A DNA stretch of 17,885 nt, from assembly GCA_050012475.1 (NCBI GenBank), contig JBEKHC010000099.1:1-17885 (forward strand). The letters are read 5' to 3'. Under the pieces are notes generated by a model. That model saw nothing but the letters and a program-made list of their open reading frames with translations. It had not been told where the DNA came from and did not search any database. Positions 14,768 to 17,885 of this stretch are shown piece after piece (the first letter of the stretch is position 1; every line of letters begins with the position of its first letter). The translations under genes and the position numbers were made by a program. The DNA is from Candidatus Velthaea sp. (GTDB taxonomy: Bacteria > Vulcanimicrobiota > Vulcanimicrobiia > Vulcanimicrobiales > Vulcanimicrobiaceae).

Positions 14768-17745
14768 ATGCCGCACCGAGAGCTGCTCACCGAGCCGCAG
14801 CGGGTCAGTTTCCATGCGCCCGCGAGCGATGAGCGAGAGATGGTGCGCCACTACACGCTGAGCTCCGAAGACCTGGCGCTGATCAATCGACGTCGCGGTG
14901 ACCCCAACCGTCTGGGCTTCGCCCTCATGCTCTGCTACCTGAGATTTCCGGGGCGGATCCTCCAACAAGGAGAGCGACCTCCGGCCGCGCTGTGCGCCTT
15001 CGTCGCGGAGCAACTGGGTGTTGATCCGGCGCAATTCGGCGACTACGCCGAGCGGGATCAAACTCGCCGCGAGCACATCGTTGAGATCCAGACCGCCCTC
15101 GGGTTTCGCGCCATGACCAGCTCAATGTATCGAGAAGTTTCGGCCTGGCTGTTGCCGACGGCACTCGCGACCGATCATGGGCCCACGTTGGTGGCCACCG
15201 TGCTTGAGGAATTGCGCGTGCGCCGCATCGTCTGCCCGCCACTGCCGGCCATTGAACGGCTCGGGGGCTCGGTGAGAGCCCGTGCGCAGCGCCAACTGTG
15301 GCGTTGGCTCGCTGACGGGCTGACCGATCGGCAACGCCAGGGATTGGATGAACTGCTCGAGGTCCGCGTCGGCGGCGGACAAAGCACGCTGGCGTGGCTG
15401 CGGCAGACCGCATATGCGGCGACGAGCGGCAACTTTCCTAAGCTAATCGAGCGACTAAGTCAACTGCGCGCGCTCGGCATCGAGTCGGAGCGTGCCACGC
15501 GCGTTCATCAGAACTATTGGCTCAAGCTTGCGCGCGAAGGCGGGCAGAGTACCGTGCAGCACTTGGCGGAGCTCGAGCCGCTGCGCCGTTACGCCACCCT
15601 GACGGCGGTGGTCCTTGATCTCACCGCGACGCTGACCGATGAGGCGCTCAACATGTTCGAGCATCTCATTGGGAAGCTGTTCAAGAAATCCGAACGCGCA
15701 CACGCCGACGAGTTTCACGCCAGCGGCAAATCCATCAACGAGAAGGTTCGACTCTATGCCCGGATCGGCAAAGCGCTGATCGCAGCGCGCTCCAGCGGCG
15801 GGATGCCTTTGCCGCCATCGAGGCCGTTTTGTCGTGGTCCAAATTTGAATCGACCGTCGCCGAAGCCCAGATTCTCGCCCAGCCTGAGGAGTTCGACTAT
15901 CTGGGGCTGCTGAACGAGCGCTACGGCACGGTGCGCAAGTTCGCGCCGCTGCTGCTCGCGCATTTTGAATTCCATGCCGCCCCGGCCGCAGCCGAACTGT
16001 TGCAGGCTCTCAATCTGCTGCGCGACCTCAATGCCAGCGGCAAGCGCGCGCTGCCCGAGCACGTGCCGACGGGCTTCGTAAAGCCACGCTGGCGGCCTCA
16101 CGTGTTTGCCGTCGGTGGGGTGGATCGGCATTTCTACGAGCTGTGCGCGCTTGCGGAGCTGCGCGATCGCCTGCGCGCCGGCGACATCTGGGTGACGGGG
16201 AGTCGACAGTACCGGGATTTCGAGACGCATCTGATTCCCGCCGCAACTTTCGAGACGATGCGACAACAGCCGCTGCCCCTGGACATCGACACGCACTTGC
16301 CGTCCTACATGGCCGAGTATCGACACAAGCTGGAGGACAGCCTCACCACCGTCGCGCGCAAGGCACGGGAGAATACCTTACCCGATGTCACGCTCACGGA
16401 CGGAGATCTGCGCATCGCGCCGCTGCGCAAGAACACGCCGGAATCCGCTGAAGTCTTCGCTGAAAATGCCTACGCGCTGATGCCGCACGTCAAGATTACC
16501 GAACTGCTCGCGGAGGTCGATCAGTGGACGAATCTGGGCGATCAATTCTTGCATCTGCGCACCCAGGTACCACCGAAAAACCGGCAGGCCTTGCTCACCG
16601 CGGTGCTGGCCGATGGCATTAATCTCGGGCTCACGCGCATGTCCGAGGCCTGTCGCGAGACGACCTGGCGGCAATTGTCCTGGACTGCCGATTGGCATGT
16701 GCGCGAGGAGTGTTATGCGCAGGCCTTGGCCAGTCTGATCGATGCCCAACATCGACTGCCCCTGGCGGCTCACTGGGGCAGCGGCACCACCTCATCCTCG
16801 GACGCGCAGTTCTTTCGCGCCGGAGGCCGTGGCGAAGTCGGGGGACTCGTGAACCTGCACTATGGTCAGGACCCCGGCGTCAAGTTCTACACTCACCTAT
16901 CCGATCAGTTTGGTCCCTTTCATTCCAAGGTGATTGCCGCGACGGCCAACGAGGCGCCCCACGTGCTCGATGGACTGCTCTATCACAAGAGCAGTCTGGT
17001 CATTAACGAGCACTACACCGACACCGGCGGATTCTCCGATCACGTCTTCGCCATGTGCCACTTGCTCGGCTTCCGCTTTGCGCCGCGCATCCGCGATCTG
17101 AAGGAAAAGCGGCTCTACACCTTACCGGGTATGACTGTGCCGCCGGAGCTCACCTCGCTGGTGGCCGGAGCCATTAATCTGCGCGCACTCAGCGATCATT
17201 GGATCGAACTGCTGCGCCTGGCCATGTCGATCAAGACCGGAACGGTCACCGCTTCGGTCATCCTGCGCAAACTCTCGGCTTACCCTCGGCAAAACGGCTT
17301 GGCGCTCGCGCTGCGTGAACTGGGCAAGCTGGGACGGACACTCTTTACGCTCGAGTGGCTGCAGGACCCCGAGCTACGTCGCCGTAGCCACGTCGGCCTC
17401 AACAAGGGCGAGCAGCAGAATGCGCTTCGCCGTGCGGTGTTCTTCAACCGGCTCGGTGAAATCCGCGACCGCTCCTATGAAAACCAGCGCCACCGCGCCA
17501 GCGGTCTCAACCTGCTCGTCGCCGCCATCATTCTTTGGAATACCACCTACCTGCAGCGCGCCCTGGAGCACATGCGAGAACAGGGGTACAACCCGGAACC
17601 CAGCGATCTCGTCCATCTGTCGCCCCTGGGGTGGGAACACATCAACCTGACCGGCGATTACCACTGGGGCACGTCACCAGCGCTCGGGCCAGATCAATTC
17701 CGGCCCCTCCGGATCCGTGCACTCGATCTCGGCGCCGTCGCTTAG
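14768..17745 (+). pseudogene. tnpA: Tn3-family transposase (~992 aa if repaired) with a 1-bp frameshift near 15800
   Basis: MPHRELLTEPQR..NRLGFALMLCYLRFPGR N-terminus; the reading continues DAFAAIEAVLSW in another frame from 15802. DDE-region motifs SSSDAQFF, HYTDTGG, LNKGE; HLSPLGWEHINLTGDY C-terminus; the stop lies inside the IR. Confidence 0.93.
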
Positions 17746-17764
17746 CGTGCGTAAAATTCCGTTT
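17741..17764 (-). repeat. Inner 24 bp of the Tn3 right IR
   Basis: Reverse complement AAACGGAATTTTACGCACGCTAAG matches 12179-12202 at 22/24 positions; similarity stops abruptly at 17765. Confidence 0.88.
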
Positions 17765-17885
17765 GTCGGGTGAAGGACTGGCGCGGTGCCGACGGTTTAG
17801 CGTCTGTCCGTTTCCAGCCCCTCCCCATAAGAACTGCTCGTGAAGTTTTCCCTCAAGCAGCTCACCCCGCAAGTTTCGGCGAAAG
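17765..17885 (-). ncRNA. Group II intron 3' end (domain V, domain VI, 3' splice site), partial
   Basis: Minus strand: DV GAGCTGCTTGAGGGAAAACTTCACGAGCAGTTC (17863-17831; AGC triad, 2-nt bulge, GAAA-type loop). DVI GGGGAGGGGCTGG...CCAGTCCTTC-A-CCCGAC, with a bulged A at 17771 (7th nt from the end) and terminal AC. Confidence 0.88.

Larger units (their letters stand above)
12165..17764 (+). mobile_element. Tn3-family transposon (cargo phosphatase, tnpR, tnpA) with interrupted right IR
   Basis: Matching inverted repeats at 12165-12202 and 17741-17764 bracket a resolvase and a Tn3 transposase. Confidence 0.9.

Noticed and set aside
17796..17826. Minus-strand GGGGAGGGGCTGGAAACGGACAGACGCTAAA as a second Tn3 IR
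   Set aside because: Only 31 bp with no matching TSD; it is explained as the 5' arm and loop of intron domain VI.
17862..17885. Possible last codons of an intron-encoded RT (LSPKLAG-stop, minus strand)
   Set aside because: Only 24 nt are visible, too little to support a CDS call.

Overview
High-GC bacterial window in two halves. Left (1-9.7 kb): a minus-strand P-type conjugative/T4SS cluster trbB-trbC-trbD-trbE-trbL. trbL runs off the left edge and is missing from the ORF track, there is no trbJ between trbE and trbL, and a terminator separates trbB from trbC. Upstream lie a DUF2071 gene, an orphan ~426-aa protein with a duplicated RWKP..APP.PP motif, and a divergent LpqC-type esterase. Right (9.4-17.9 kb): apparently nested mobile elements. 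(i) A broken thpR (2H phosphoesterase) is cut at 9716 by a Tn7/Tn5053-like end (TGT terminus plus four GAAGAnGAyGCAACT sites). (ii) Inside that end are a TnsE-like gene with a non-canonical C-terminus, a Zn-finger/degenerate-HNH gene, a dif-like 11-6-11 site and a tyrosine recombinase 5' fragment. (iii) The recombinase is cut by a Tn3-family transposon carrying a CHASE3-SpoIIE phosphatase, tnpR and a frameshifted tnpA. (iv) The right IR of that Tn3 is cut by a group II intron whose domains V-VI and 3' splice site lie on the minus strand at the right edge. All family assignments come from motif recognition by eye and from recalled reference sequences; no searches were run.
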